DNA from: Opitutia bacterium | GTDB lineage: Bacteria; Verrucomicrobiota; Verrucomicrobiia; Opitutales; T3Sed10-336 | DNA length: 64,000 bases | Direction: 5' to 3' | Assembly (NCBI GenBank): GCA_050506795.1 | Contig: JBJHCF010000005.1 | Location: 90,139-154,138 of the forward strand | In this document: one piece after another, positions 10,573 to 20,415 of the stretch | How positions within the stretch are numbered: position 1 is the first letter of the stretch | Layout of the letters: every line of letters begins with the position of its first letter | Notes under the pieces: model-generated | What the model was told of the DNA's origin: nothing | The model's database searches: none | Seen by the model: the letters and a program-made list of their open reading frames with translations, nothing else | Translations under genes and position numbers: made by a program

Positions 10573-13281
10573 ATGCCAGAAATCAGCAAAGCTTACGATC
10601 CGAGCCAGGTGGAGGCTCAATGGTATAAGACCTGGGTTGAGCGCCGGTGTTTCCGCGGGGAGCCCAATCCGGACAAGGAACCCTATTGTATCGTCATTCC
10701 GCCCCCCAATGTGACGGGCGTTCTGACCATGGGTCACGTCTTGAACAACACCCTGCAGGATATCCTGATCCGGCGCGCGCGGCAGCAGGGCAAAGAAGCC
10801 ATGTGGCTGCCCGGGACCGATCACGCCGGGATCGCCACCCAGACCAGGGTGGAGCGGGAATTGCGGCAAACCGAGGGGGTGACCCGGCACGACCTCGGGC
10901 GGGACCGTTTTGTGCAAAAAGCCTGGGAATGGAAGGAAAAACACGGGGGCATCATCATCGAGCAGTTGAAGCGCCTGGGGTGCTCCTGTGATTGGGAGCG
11001 CGAGGTTTTCACCATGGACTCCGCCTACAGCGCCCGCGTGCAGGAGGCGTTTGTCCGTCTCTATCATGACGGCCTGATTTATCGGGGGAAACGAATGGTG
11101 AACTGGTGCCCGGCCAGCCTCACGGCGTTGTCCGATGAGGAGGTCATCATGAAAAGCCAGCAGAGCACGCTTTACCGCATGCGATATGAGTTGGTGGACC
11201 GTCCCGGCGAGTACCTCGAAATCTCCACCACCCGTCCGGAGACCCTCATGGGGGACACCGCAGTGGCGGTGCATCCGGATGACGAGCGCTACCGCCATCT
11301 TCTTGGCGAGAAAGTCTGGCGCCCGTTTCCCCGGGAGGCGCTGCCGATCGTGGCCGACGCCCACATCGATCCGGAGTTCGGCACGGGAGTGCTCAAGGTC
11401 ACTCCGGCCCACGACAAGGCCGACTTTGAGATCGGGCAACGGCACAACCTGCCGATTATCGACGTCTTTAATCCCGACGGCACCCTCAACGAGCGGGCCG
11501 GCGCGGAGTTCGCCGGCATGGACCGCTTCGAGGCCCGCAAAGTCGCCGCGCGCAAGCTCAAGGAGGCCGGATTACTGGTCGCCGAGGAGCCTTACGAAAA
11601 CAATGTCGGTTACAGCGAACGTGCCGATGTGCCCATCGAGCCGCGTTTGTCGGAACAGTGGTTCCTCCGCTACCCAAAGGTGGAGGAAGCCAAGGCGGTG
11701 GTGCGCGATGGCCTGATCCGATTTGTTCCCGAACGCTGGTCGAAGATTTACCTGCACTGGCTGGAGAATATCCAGGACTGGTGCATCAGCCGCCAGTTGT
11801 GGTGGGGCCACCAGATACCGGTGTGGTACCGGAAGGGGGCCGACCGGTCGCTCCCGGAGAACTGGCACGTCGCGACCGTCCCGCCCGCCGACCCGGAGAA
11901 CTGGGAGCGGGAGGAGGATGTGCTCGACACCTGGGCTTCATCCTGGCTGTGGCCGTTCGCCACCATGGGCTGGCCGGACCCGGAGGAGGAGAAGAACAAA
12001 GGGTTGAACTACTTCTATCCCACCAGCGCTCTGGTGACCGGGCCCGATATTATTTTCTTCTGGGTGGCGCGCATGATCATGGCCGGCTTGCAGTTTATGC
12101 GCCCCGGCGAACCGGTGGAGCGGCGCATTCCCTTTCGCGATGTCTACTACACCGGGATTATTCGCGATATTCAGGGGAGAAAGATGTCAAAATCGCTCGG
12201 CAACTCCCCGGACCCGTTGGACTTGATCGCCCGGTACGGGGCCGACGGGCTCCGTCTCGGTATCATGCTGATCGCCCCCAAGGGACAGGATATTCGTTTC
12301 AGCGAGGACCGGGTGGAGACCGGGCGCCACTTCTGCAACAAACTGTGGAACGCCTGCCGCTACCGGCAGATGTCGGGGGCGTTGCGGGACAATTCCACAC
12401 TGCCCGCAGTGGCATCGCGGATACGGGCGGACCTGCTGGATACCGACGATCATTTTATCCTCGGACGCCTGCTGGGGACTGTCGAATCGGTGGATAGCGG
12501 TTTACGGGACTACGAATTCACCGGGGCGGCGCAGAAACTATTCGCCTTCTTCTGGACGGACTTCTGCGATTGGTACCTCGAGGTCAGTAAAAGCCGGCCG
12601 TCGGATTCGGAAGAGAAAGAGAACGGTCTGGCGGTCCAGGATTTTGTGCTGCGGCAGCTGCTGCTCATGCTGCACCCGTACATTCCGTTCATCACCGAGG
12701 AGTTGTGGCACAATCTGGGTTACGGCGCGGAGGACGAATTTCTTCAGGATGCCGGGTTGCCGGATGGCGCCGCGCTGCGGGAAGCTCTGGCCGAGGCGGG
12801 GGTTCGGGTTGATGGCGAGGCCGAGGCCAACACGGAGGATCTGCGGGAATTTGTCACCCGGGCCCGGGCGCTCAAGGCCGACTACAACCTGGCCAACCGC
12901 AAAGACCTGGCGTTTTTCGTCGAGGCCGCGGATTCCGCACGGGCTTTGATCGAAGCCAACCGCGTGAAGTTGACCCACCTGATCGGAGCCTCGTCACTGG
13001 GGTTTGACCCGGCCGGGGATACGGCTCCGGCGGCGGTCACCCGGCTCGGCACCGTCCGCCTGGACCTTTCCGGGGCGATCGATGTGACCGCGGAAAAGGA
13101 GCGCCTGAATAGAGAATTGGCCAAGCTGGAAAAACAGGTGGCCATCGGCGAGGGCAAACTCGGCAACAAAAAGTTCACCTCGAACGCTCCGCCGGAAATC
13201 GTCGACGGGGCGCGTCGACAGTTGAACGAACTGCGAGGCAAAAAGGAGGAAGTGGAAAAACTTCTCGGCGCCCTGGGTTAG
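10573..13281 (+). CDS. valS: Valine--tRNA ligase
   Basis: PPPNVTG..MGH, GTDHAGIATQ, DWCISRQLWWGH, KMSKS, C-terminal coiled coil; start ATG 10573. Confidence 0.98.
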   Translation: MPEISKAYDPSQVEAQWYKTWVERRCFRGEPNPDKEPYCIVIPPPNVTGVLTMGHVLNNTLQDILIRRARQQGKEAMWLPGTDHAGIATQTRVERELRQTEGVTRHDLGRDRFVQKAWEWKEKHGGIIIEQLKRLGCSCDWEREVFTMDSAYSARVQEAFVRLYHDGLIYRGKRMVNWCPASLTALSDEEVIMKSQQSTLYRMRYELVDRPGEYLEISTTRPETLMGDTAVAVHPDDERYRHLLGEKVWRPFPREALPIVADAHIDPEFGTGVLKVTPAHDKADFEIGQRHNLPIIDVFNPDGTLNERAGAEFAGMDRFEARKVAARKLKEAGLLVAEEPYENNVGYSERADVPIEPRLSEQWFLRYPKVEEAKAVVRDGLIRFVPERWSKIYLHWLENIQDWCISRQLWWGHQIPVWYRKGADRSLPENWHVATVPPADPENWEREEDVLDTWASSWLWPFATMGWPDPEEEKNKGLNYFYPTSALVTGPDIIFFWVARMIMAGLQFMRPGEPVERRIPFRDVYYTGIIRDIQGRKMSKSLGNSPDPLDLIARYGADGLRLGIMLIAPKGQDIRFSEDRVETGRHFCNKLWNACRYRQMSGALRDNSTLPAVASRIRADLLDTDDHFILGRLLGTVESVDSGLRDYEFTGAAQKLFAFFWTDFCDWYLEVSKSRPSDSEEKENGLAVQDFVLRQLLLMLHPYIPFITEELWHNLGYGAEDEFLQDAGLPDGAALREALAEAGVRVDGEAEANTEDLREFVTRARALKADYNLANRKDLAFFVEAADSARALIEANRVKLTHLIGASSLGFDPAGDTAPAAVTRLGTVRLDLSGAIDVTAEKERLNRELAKLEKQVAIGEGKLGNKKFTSNAPPEIVDGARRQLNELRGKKEEVEKLLGALG

Positions 13282-13392
13282 GATTCTGCTTTTCCCGGGA
13301 CCGGCTACCGTGCTAGCGTCCCCGGGGGCGGGGGTTTATCTGACCCGGTTTCAGGGAGTCCGCTTCTCGACATTCGTATTTTCAGCGCATCC

Positions 13393-15105
13393 ATGATGAA
13401 AACATTCAAGTTTCCGGTCGGATTGGGGGTGGCGGTACTGTTTCTGAGCGCGGTTCTTCCGCTCGCCGGAAACGAGGCGGAGGGTGCCGGAAGGGACGCG
13501 GCCCCGGGGGTGGTTTCCATTCCGGAACTCAGAGTCCTCGCGATTCGCAGTGCCGATCTGGGAGCGGCGCCGCCCTTTCCCGATCAGGCGTCGGGGCTTT
13601 TGACCATCTCCGGGTTACCGCTTCTGGATGAACCCGCGTTTCGGCGTCAGGCCCGCGGTTACCTCGGGAGGCCTTTCTCCGAGCGCGGCCTGGATCAACT
13701 GACCCGCGAAATCGAACGCGTTTACCGGCAACACCGTCGTCCCCTGGTGGAGGTCGACGTGGTGCGGATGGACCAGCAGAGGGGTCAGCTGGTGCTGGAG
13801 GTGCGGGAGCCGCGCATTCGTCAGGTGCGGGTGACGGGGAGCCGGTGGTTTCGACGCGCGATCTTTACCGGAAAAACCAGGTTGCGATCCGGGGGCCGCA
13901 TCGATTCGGGAATACTGAATGAGGATCTCGACTGGATGAATCGCAATCCTTTTCGCAACGTTGAGGCCCGCTTTGATCCGACCGGGGAACCGGGCGAGGT
14001 GGACTTGGTGTTCGAGGTCAACGACCGCTTTCCTTTCCGCCTCTACGGAGGATTCGAAAATATGGGGAACCCCATAATCGGCGAGGAGCGTTTCATCGGC
14101 GGATTTAACTGGGGGCATCTCCTGGCGGTCGATCACGAACTCCACTACGAGTTTGGAGCCGGACGCTATCTCGACCGCATCATGACCCACTCCGCCGCGT
14201 ATGTGGCGCCGCTGCCGACCCGGCAGGAACTCGCCTTCTACGGTCATTATTCCGATGTCGACCTGGAAATGGACGGCTTTCCGGACGGGATCGAGGGGGA
14301 GAATCTGGAAATCGGCGCCCGCTACACCTTTTTCTTGTTGGGATGGGAAAACCCGGAGCGGAGAATGCGCCTCTCGCAGGAACTCTTTTGGGGCGCCGAT
14401 TTCAAACGCGCGGAAACCGCGGTTGAGTACGGTTTGGCCGAAGTGTTCTCGCCGGCTACGGAGATCATACACGGGGTTGGGGGATACCGGGGAACTCTGT
14501 ACGACCCTCTCGGGCGGACCGAGTTGCAGGCCAGCGTCTTTTACGCTCCCGGGAATTTTCTCAGCGAGCGCAACCGCGACGCGGTGTTCAACGAGGCCCG
14601 GGAAGACGCGAAAACCCGTTATGCCTACACCAGGATCGGACTCGAGCGTGAGACCACGCTCGACGACGGCTTTTCACTCGTCACTAGGGGGACTTATCAA
14701 TACTCCACCCACCGGTTGCTTCGCAGCGAGCAATTGGGAGTCGGAGGTTACACGACTGTGCGCGGTTACGCGGAACGGGCGGCAGTGGGGGACAGTGGCT
14801 ATACGTTGAGCGCGGAACTCAGGACGCCGGAATTCAACTGGAATCAACTGTTCGGCGTCGGGCGCCCGAGCCGGGATCGCTGGCAGTTGCTGGGATTTGT
14901 CGATTACGGTATGGCTCGAACCAAGGATCCGGTCGAGACCGAGTTCAAACGGGCGCACCTTATGGGTGCCGGGCCGGGAATACGTGTCCGTGTTGATGAC
15001 GTCTTCGCGCTGCGCCTGGATTACGGCTGGCAGCTCAGGAGCGACGCCGTGGAGGGCGATTCGCGCGATCACCGGGCGCACGCCGCCATCGTTTTGAGTT
15101 ATTGA
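13393..15105 (+). CDS. ShlB/FhaC/HecB family (TpsB-like, Omp85 superfamily) outer-membrane transporter
   Basis: Signal peptide, POTRA-like region, VRGY motif, C-terminal aromatic residue. Confidence 0.85.
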   Translation: MMKTFKFPVGLGVAVLFLSAVLPLAGNEAEGAGRDAAPGVVSIPELRVLAIRSADLGAAPPFPDQASGLLTISGLPLLDEPAFRRQARGYLGRPFSERGLDQLTREIERVYRQHRRPLVEVDVVRMDQQRGQLVLEVREPRIRQVRVTGSRWFRRAIFTGKTRLRSGGRIDSGILNEDLDWMNRNPFRNVEARFDPTGEPGEVDLVFEVNDRFPFRLYGGFENMGNPIIGEERFIGGFNWGHLLAVDHELHYEFGAGRYLDRIMTHSAAYVAPLPTRQELAFYGHYSDVDLEMDGFPDGIEGENLEIGARYTFFLLGWENPERRMRLSQELFWGADFKRAETAVEYGLAEVFSPATEIIHGVGGYRGTLYDPLGRTELQASVFYAPGNFLSERNRDAVFNEAREDAKTRYAYTRIGLERETTLDDGFSLVTRGTYQYSTHRLLRSEQLGVGGYTTVRGYAERAAVGDSGYTLSAELRTPEFNWNQLFGVGRPSRDRWQLLGFVDYGMARTKDPVETEFKRAHLMGAGPGIRVRVDDVFALRLDYGWQLRSDAVEGDSRDHRAHAAIVLSY

Positions 15106-15119
15106 GTCCCCGATCGGGA

Positions 15120-16115
15120 CTATTTCGCGTATCCCCGAGGGTGGTCCCGGTGCCAGCGCCAGGCGGTTTCGATGATCAGTTCGAGGTCCGGATACTGAAG
15201 TTCCCATCCCAGTTCGCGTTTTGCTTTGCTGGAATCGGCGTATAGGGCGGGAGGATCGCCGGCCCGGCGCCCTTCCTCCACCACGGGAACCTTCTTGCCG
15301 CATACTTTTTCCACTGTATCGATGACTTCGCGCACCGAAGCCGGTGTGCCGGTTCCGAGGTTGAAGAAGTAGGTGCTCCCGGGAGTTTCCAGTTTATCGA
15401 AGACGGCGATGTGGGCCCGGCTGAGGTCGTCGACGTGGATGTAGTCGCGCAGGCAGGTGCCGTCCGGGGTATCGTAGTCGGTGCCGAATATGCTGATGTG
15501 CTCGCGCTGACCCATTGCCGCCTGGAATACCAGCGGAATGAGGTGGGTCTCCGGGTTGTGGTCCTCGCCGAGACTCCCGTCCTCGGCCGCCCCTGCGGCG
15601 TTGAAATAACGAAACGAGGCCGAAGAAAGTCCGTGGGCGTGGGCGAGCGCTTTCAGCGCGTTTTCCACGTCCAGTTTGGTTTGCCCGTAGGGGTTGATCG
15701 GGTGTTGCGGCATGTCCTCGGTGATCGGAAGCGAAGCCGGCACTCCGTAGGTGGCGCAGGTGGACGAAAACACGAACTGCCGCACCCCGGTTTCCACCAT
15801 CACCTTGAGCAGGTTGAGTGTGGCGACGAGGTTGTTGAAATAGTACTTCAACGGGTTTTCCACCGATTCGCCGACATAGGCGAAGGCGGCGAAGTGCATG
15901 ACCAGGTCGATTCGCTCGTTTTCCATGATGGCCCGCATGGCGTCGGCGTCACCGAGGTCGCAGGCGTGAAAGGGAACCTCCGCGGGAACCGCCTCGCGAT
16001 GCCCAAAGGACAAATTATCCACGATTACCGGACGATGTCCGCTCAGGATGAGTTGACGCACACAGTGACTGCCGATGTATCCGGCACCTCCAACGACGAG
16101 AACGCTTTTGGCCAT
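15120..16115 (-). CDS. galE: UDP-glucose 4-epimerase
   Basis: GGAGYIGSH, HFAA, SSTCATYG, PYGQTK, RYFNAAGA, RDYIHV. Confidence 0.96.
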   Translation of the reverse strand: MAKSVLVVGGAGYIGSHCVRQLILSGHRPVIVDNLSFGHREAVPAEVPFHACDLGDADAMRAIMENERIDLVMHFAAFAYVGESVENPLKYYFNNLVATLNLLKVMVETGVRQFVFSSTCATYGVPASLPITEDMPQHPINPYGQTKLDVENALKALAHAHGLSSASFRYFNAAGAAEDGSLGEDHNPETHLIPLVFQAAMGQREHISIFGTDYDTPDGTCLRDYIHVDDLSRAHIAVFDKLETPGSTYFFNLGTGTPASVREVIDTVEKVCGKKVPVVEEGRRAGDPPALYADSSKAKRELGWELQYPDLELIIETAWRWHRDHPRGYAK

Positions 16116-16310
16116 GCCTTTTTTTAGCGGGTGTTGAAATCGGGTGGCGAGTCATAAATCCCGGCTCGGCGATTGCAACCCGTTCCGGACGGCCGGTGGA
16201 AGGGTCGCTTTGCGGGTGAAGGAATGGTAGCGGGTACTGTCCTCGAATACCGCGGAGCGGCGAAAAAAGCTTTCGTTCCATGGTTTTCTGTTGGAAAGTG
16301 TGGTTTTGCC

Positions 16311-17273
16311 ATGGAAAGAATTCTCCTCACCACCACTTCGTTCCAGGATACTCCGGGACCTCATCACGACCGGCTGAAGGAAGCCGGATATGAGATCGTT
16401 AGGGAGAGGGGGCCGCTTCCCGAAAGCCGTATGCTGGAGCTGGTCGGCGATGTTGACGCTTTCCTCTGCGGTGATGACGCCATCACCCGGGCGGTGCTGG
16501 AAAAGGCGCTTCCCCGCCTGAAGGTGATCAGTAAATACGGGATTGGCCTGGACAAGGTCGATGTCGCTGCGGCCACTGAGCTCAAGGTGCCGGTGACCTT
16601 TTGTCCCGGGGTGAATCACACTACCGTGGCAGAGCACACCTTCGGGCTCCTGCTGGCCATCTATCGTCAACTTGTCACCGAGTGCAATCACGTCAAGGCG
16701 GGCCGATGGAAACGGCTTACTGGGCACGAATTGATGGGCAAGACCATCGGAATCGTCGGATTGGGCCGTATTGGCCGCGAGGTGGCGCTGCGAGCCCGCG
16801 TGTTCGGCATGAAAGTCATGGCGTACGATTTGTATTGGGATGAAACCTTCGCCGCGGACAACCAGATCGAGCGGGCGGCGTCCTTCGACGAAATCTTTCG
16901 CGCGGCCGACGTAATCAGCCTGCACACCAACCTCAACGATCAGACCCGGGGCATGGTCAACGCCGATTCTCTCGCCCTGATGAAGCCGCATGCCGTGCTC
17001 CTGAACTGCGCCCGAGGAGAACTCGTCGATACTGCGGCCCTGGTGGCAGCGCTAAAGGAGAATCGCATAGCCGGATACGGCACCGACGTGCTGGATCAGG
17101 AGCCGCCGCCATCCGATCATCCATTGTTCGCCTGTGAGAACGCCGTGATCACACCACACATCGGTTCACGGACCTATGAAAGCGTGGTCCGCCAGGCGGG
17201 CATGGCGGTTGACAACCTTATCGCCGTGCTGCGGGGTGAGACTCCGCGGGCGCAGGCCAACAAGATCGACTGA
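16311..17273 (+). CDS. D-isomer-specific 2-hydroxyacid dehydrogenase (SerA-like, no ACT domain)
   Basis: VAEH, GLGRIG, NCARG, DVLDQEP, TPHIG; start ATG 16311. Confidence 0.9.
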   Translation: MERILLTTTSFQDTPGPHHDRLKEAGYEIVRERGPLPESRMLELVGDVDAFLCGDDAITRAVLEKALPRLKVISKYGIGLDKVDVAAATELKVPVTFCPGVNHTTVAEHTFGLLLAIYRQLVTECNHVKAGRWKRLTGHELMGKTIGIVGLGRIGREVALRARVFGMKVMAYDLYWDETFAADNQIERAASFDEIFRAADVISLHTNLNDQTRGMVNADSLALMKPHAVLLNCARGELVDTAALVAALKENRIAGYGTDVLDQEPPPSDHPLFACENAVITPHIGSRTYESVVRQAGMAVDNLIAVLRGETPRAQANKID

Positions 17274-17291
17274 CCTCCCGCCGTTGCCGTT

Positions 17292-18380
17292 ATGAGCGAA
17301 ACCTATCACATTGTTCCCGAGGAAACCCACAACGCACTGGTGGTGGCCGCGTATCGACACCGCGGTTACACGGAAGACGAGGCGAATGACGCCGCCCGAT
17401 TCTGTGTCGAAGCGGCGCGCCACGGTATCCGCACCCACAACGCCATCAAGGCGCTGCACCTCGACCACCTTTTCGGCAGCGGGGCCGCGGGCTGTGTGCC
17501 TGGCGCGGAAATCGAAGTGCTCTCCAGCCGATTTGCCGCGACCGCGGTGTGGAATGCCAATCGCAAGCTCGGCCAGTCGGTCGCTTACCGCGCTATGGAG
17601 GCCTGCATGGAAATGGCCGACAAATTCGGTGTGGGCGTAGTCAGCGTCGATAATGCTTTTCACTATCTTTGGGGCGGGGGATACGTCATGGAGGCGGCCA
17701 AAAAGGGTTACATCGCCTACACCAATTGCACCGCCGCGCTGGCCGAGGTCGTGCCATTCGGAGGGAAACTCCCCACCCTGGGAACCAACCCCCACAGTTG
17801 GGGATTCCCCACCATGGAGGCGCTGGGATATCCGATCGTCATCGACTGGGCCACTTCGGTGGTGGCCATGGGAAGGGTGCAACAGTTTAAGCGCGAGGGT
17901 AAAACGTTGCCGCCTGACGCCGCGGTGGACGCCGACGGCAACCCCACCACCGATCCGGCGAAAGCCGTGGCCCTGTTGCCTTTCGGCGCGCACAAAGGTT
18001 ACGGACTGAGCCTGATCAATGAGCTGACGGCCGCCTTCATTGGGGGTTCGCTCCCCACTCTGCGCAGTCGCTGGGCCGCCGATGGCGACAAGCACACCCC
18101 TAACTTTTTCTTTCAGGTGATCCATCCTGAGGCCCTGGATGGGCGAGATTTTGCCCGCGGACGCACGCAGCAGGAAAATCTGAGAGCCGTTCTCGGCGAT
18201 TTGTTACAGGACGGAAATGCGAACTGCATTCTTCCCGGTCAGATCGAGGCTGAAGCCGCCGCGCTTTCGGCTCGCCACCGCGGATTGCTCTTTTCGCGGG
18301 CGGAGATCGAAGCGTTTAATGAAATTGCGACCGAATGCGGACATCCCGCTTGGGATCCGCAGGCCTTTGCGACCACCTGA
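17292..18380 (+). CDS. Ldh_2 family (malate/L-lactate/ureidoglycolate-type) oxidoreductase
   Basis: GIRTH, LGTNP, DWATS, DGNPTTDP, PFGAHKGYGL. Confidence 0.88.
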   Translation: MSETYHIVPEETHNALVVAAYRHRGYTEDEANDAARFCVEAARHGIRTHNAIKALHLDHLFGSGAAGCVPGAEIEVLSSRFAATAVWNANRKLGQSVAYRAMEACMEMADKFGVGVVSVDNAFHYLWGGGYVMEAAKKGYIAYTNCTAALAEVVPFGGKLPTLGTNPHSWGFPTMEALGYPIVIDWATSVVAMGRVQQFKREGKTLPPDAAVDADGNPTTDPAKAVALLPFGAHKGYGLSLINELTAAFIGGSLPTLRSRWAADGDKHTPNFFFQVIHPEALDGRDFARGRTQQENLRAVLGDLLQDGNANCILPGQIEAEAAALSARHRGLLFSRAEIEAFNEIATECGHPAWDPQAFATT

Positions 18381-18471
18381 TCGCCGGCTGTGAACGTCGA
18401 CATGCCTTTTGGCTGGGGTTGCGGGCCGCACCTTGGCCTTATCGAATTAGAATCCATTCTCTTTTTAGACC

Positions 18472-19572
18472 ATGAGCGATATGAAAATCAAACCCGCCGA
18501 TGCCTGTGAATTCGATCTCCTTGCGCTGGGAGAAGTGATGCTGCGCCTCGATCCCGGCGAGGGTCGTGTGCGTACCGCGCGCTCGTTTCGCGCCTGGGAA
18601 GGCGGCGGCGAGTACAACGTGGCCCGCGGCTTGCGCCGCTGTTTCGGCCTGCGCACCAGCGTGGCGACCGCGTTCGCCGAAAACGACGTCGGGCGGCTGA
18701 TCGAGGATTTTATCCTGCAGGGCGGCGTGGATACCTCGCTGATACGCTGGGTGCCGTACGACGGCGTGGGGCGTGCCGTGCGGAACGGTTTGAACTTCAC
18801 CGAGCGTGGTTTCGGTATTCGCGGGGCGGTTGGAGTGCCCGACCGCGGGCTCACGGCGGCGTCACAGCTCAAACCCGGTGATTTCGACTGGGAGGATATC
18901 TTCGGCCGGCGCGGAGTGCGCTGGTTTCACACCGGGGGGATTTACGCGGCGCTTTCCGAAACCAGTGCCGCCGTGGTGGAGGAAGCCGTCACCGCGGCGC
19001 AAAAGCACGGTACCATCGTGTCCTACGACCTCAACTACCGCCCTTCACTGTGGAAATCCATCGGCGGTCATGCCAAGGCTCAGGAGGTGAACCGGCGTAT
19101 CGCCCGAAAGGTCGATGTGATGATTGGGAACGAGGAGGACTTTACCGCCTGTCTCGGATTTGAGGTGGAAGGGGTTGACGAAAACATCTCCACTATCGAG
19201 GTCGACAAGTTCAAATCGATGATTTCCCGAGTGGTACGTGAGTTTGACAACTTCAAGGCCACCGCGACAACTCTGCGCACCGTAAAGACCGCCACGATCA
19301 ACGATTGGGGGGCGATTTGCTGGCATGACGGAAAGTTTTACGAGGCCACCCAGCGCGAGAATCTCGAAATCCTGGATCGGGTCGGGGGAGGGGACAGCTT
19401 CGCTTCCGGCCTGATCTACGGTTTCCTCGCCACCGGTGATCCGCGGAAAGCGGTCGAATACGGGGCTGCCCACGGCGCCCTGGCCATGACCACCCCCGGT
19501 GACACCTCGATGGCCAACCTGGCCGAAGTCGAAAAAATTATGTCCGGCGGGGGGGCACGTGTGGTACGGTGA
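18472..19572 (+). CDS. kdgK: 2-keto-3-deoxygluconate kinase (PfkB family)
   Basis: LGEVMLRL, GGGEYNVA, YDLNYRPSLW, DRVGGGDSF; hexuronate context. Confidence 0.85.
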   Translation: MSDMKIKPADACEFDLLALGEVMLRLDPGEGRVRTARSFRAWEGGGEYNVARGLRRCFGLRTSVATAFAENDVGRLIEDFILQGGVDTSLIRWVPYDGVGRAVRNGLNFTERGFGIRGAVGVPDRGLTAASQLKPGDFDWEDIFGRRGVRWFHTGGIYAALSETSAAVVEEAVTAAQKHGTIVSYDLNYRPSLWKSIGGHAKAQEVNRRIARKVDVMIGNEEDFTACLGFEVEGVDENISTIEVDKFKSMISRVVREFDNFKATATTLRTVKTATINDWGAICWHDGKFYEATQRENLEILDRVGGGDSFASGLIYGFLATGDPRKAVEYGAAHGALAMTTPGDTSMANLAEVEKIMSGGGARVVR

Positions 19573-19596
19573 TCGTTCGCTCAACCGGAAACTCGA

Positions 19597-20394
19597 ATGA
19601 CTGAAGCCATGTCTCAAAATTATTTGTACGATCTCTTTTCTCTGCAAGGCAAGGTGGCCGTCGTCATCGGCGGGACCGGGGAACTCTGCGGCACCATGGC
19701 GGAGGGTCTCGCCGGCGCCGGCGCCGAGGTAATCCTGGTCGGTCGCAAGGAGGAGAAAGCCCGGAAACGGCTGGCGGCCATCGAGAAACTCGGAGGGAAA
19801 GCCACCTTTTTGGCTGCCGATATCACCACTCGCAGCAGCCTGGAGTCGTTGCTCAAGGAGTCGCTGGAAATCGCCGGAAAAGTCGACATCCTCGTCAATG
19901 GCGCCGGCGTCAATTCGGCCACCCCGTTTCTCGAGATCCCGGAGGACGAATTCGACACGATCATCGCCACCAACCTCAAGGCGGTGTTCCTGGCCTGTCA
20001 GGTCTTCGGGAGCTACTTCGTCGATCGCGGACAACCGGCCTCGATCATCAACGTCGGTTCCATGTCGGGAGTGACTCCTATTTCGCGGGTCTTCACCTAC
20101 TCCGTGAGCAAGGCCGGGGTGCACAACCTTTCCAAAAATCTGGCCCGTGAGTGGGCGCAGAAAAACATTCGGGTGAACACGCTGGTCCCTGGATTTTTCC
20201 CGGCTGAACAGAATCGCAAGGTGCTGACTCCGGACCGGATTGATACCATCATGGGGCACACTCCCATGAATCGGTTTGGCCGGGCGGAGGAATTGATCGG
20301 AGCGACGCTTTTGCTGGCCTCCGACCGGGCCGGATCGTTCATCACCGGGGAGGAACTGCTGGTCGACGGCGGTTTCGCCGCCATGACCATCTGA
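19597..20394 (+). CDS. SDR oxidoreductase, probable D-mannonate oxidoreductase (UxuB/YjmF-like)
   Basis: [30 protein letters not shown]; next to uxaC. Confidence 0.8.
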   Translation: MTEAMSQNYLYDLFSLQGKVAVVIGGTGELCGTMAEGLAGAGAEVILVGRKEEKARKRLAAIEKLGGKATFLAADITTRSSLESLLKESLEIAGKVDILVNGAGVNSATPFLEIPEDEFDTIIATNLKAVFLACQVFGSYFVDRGQPASIINVGSMSGVTPISRVFTYSVSKAGVHNLSKNLAREWAQKNIRVNTLVPGFFPAEQNRKVLTPDRIDTIMGHTPMNRFGRAEELIGATLLLASDRAGSFITGEELLVDGGFAAMTI

Positions 20395-20415
20395 GCCCAA
20401 CCCGATTGCGTACCC

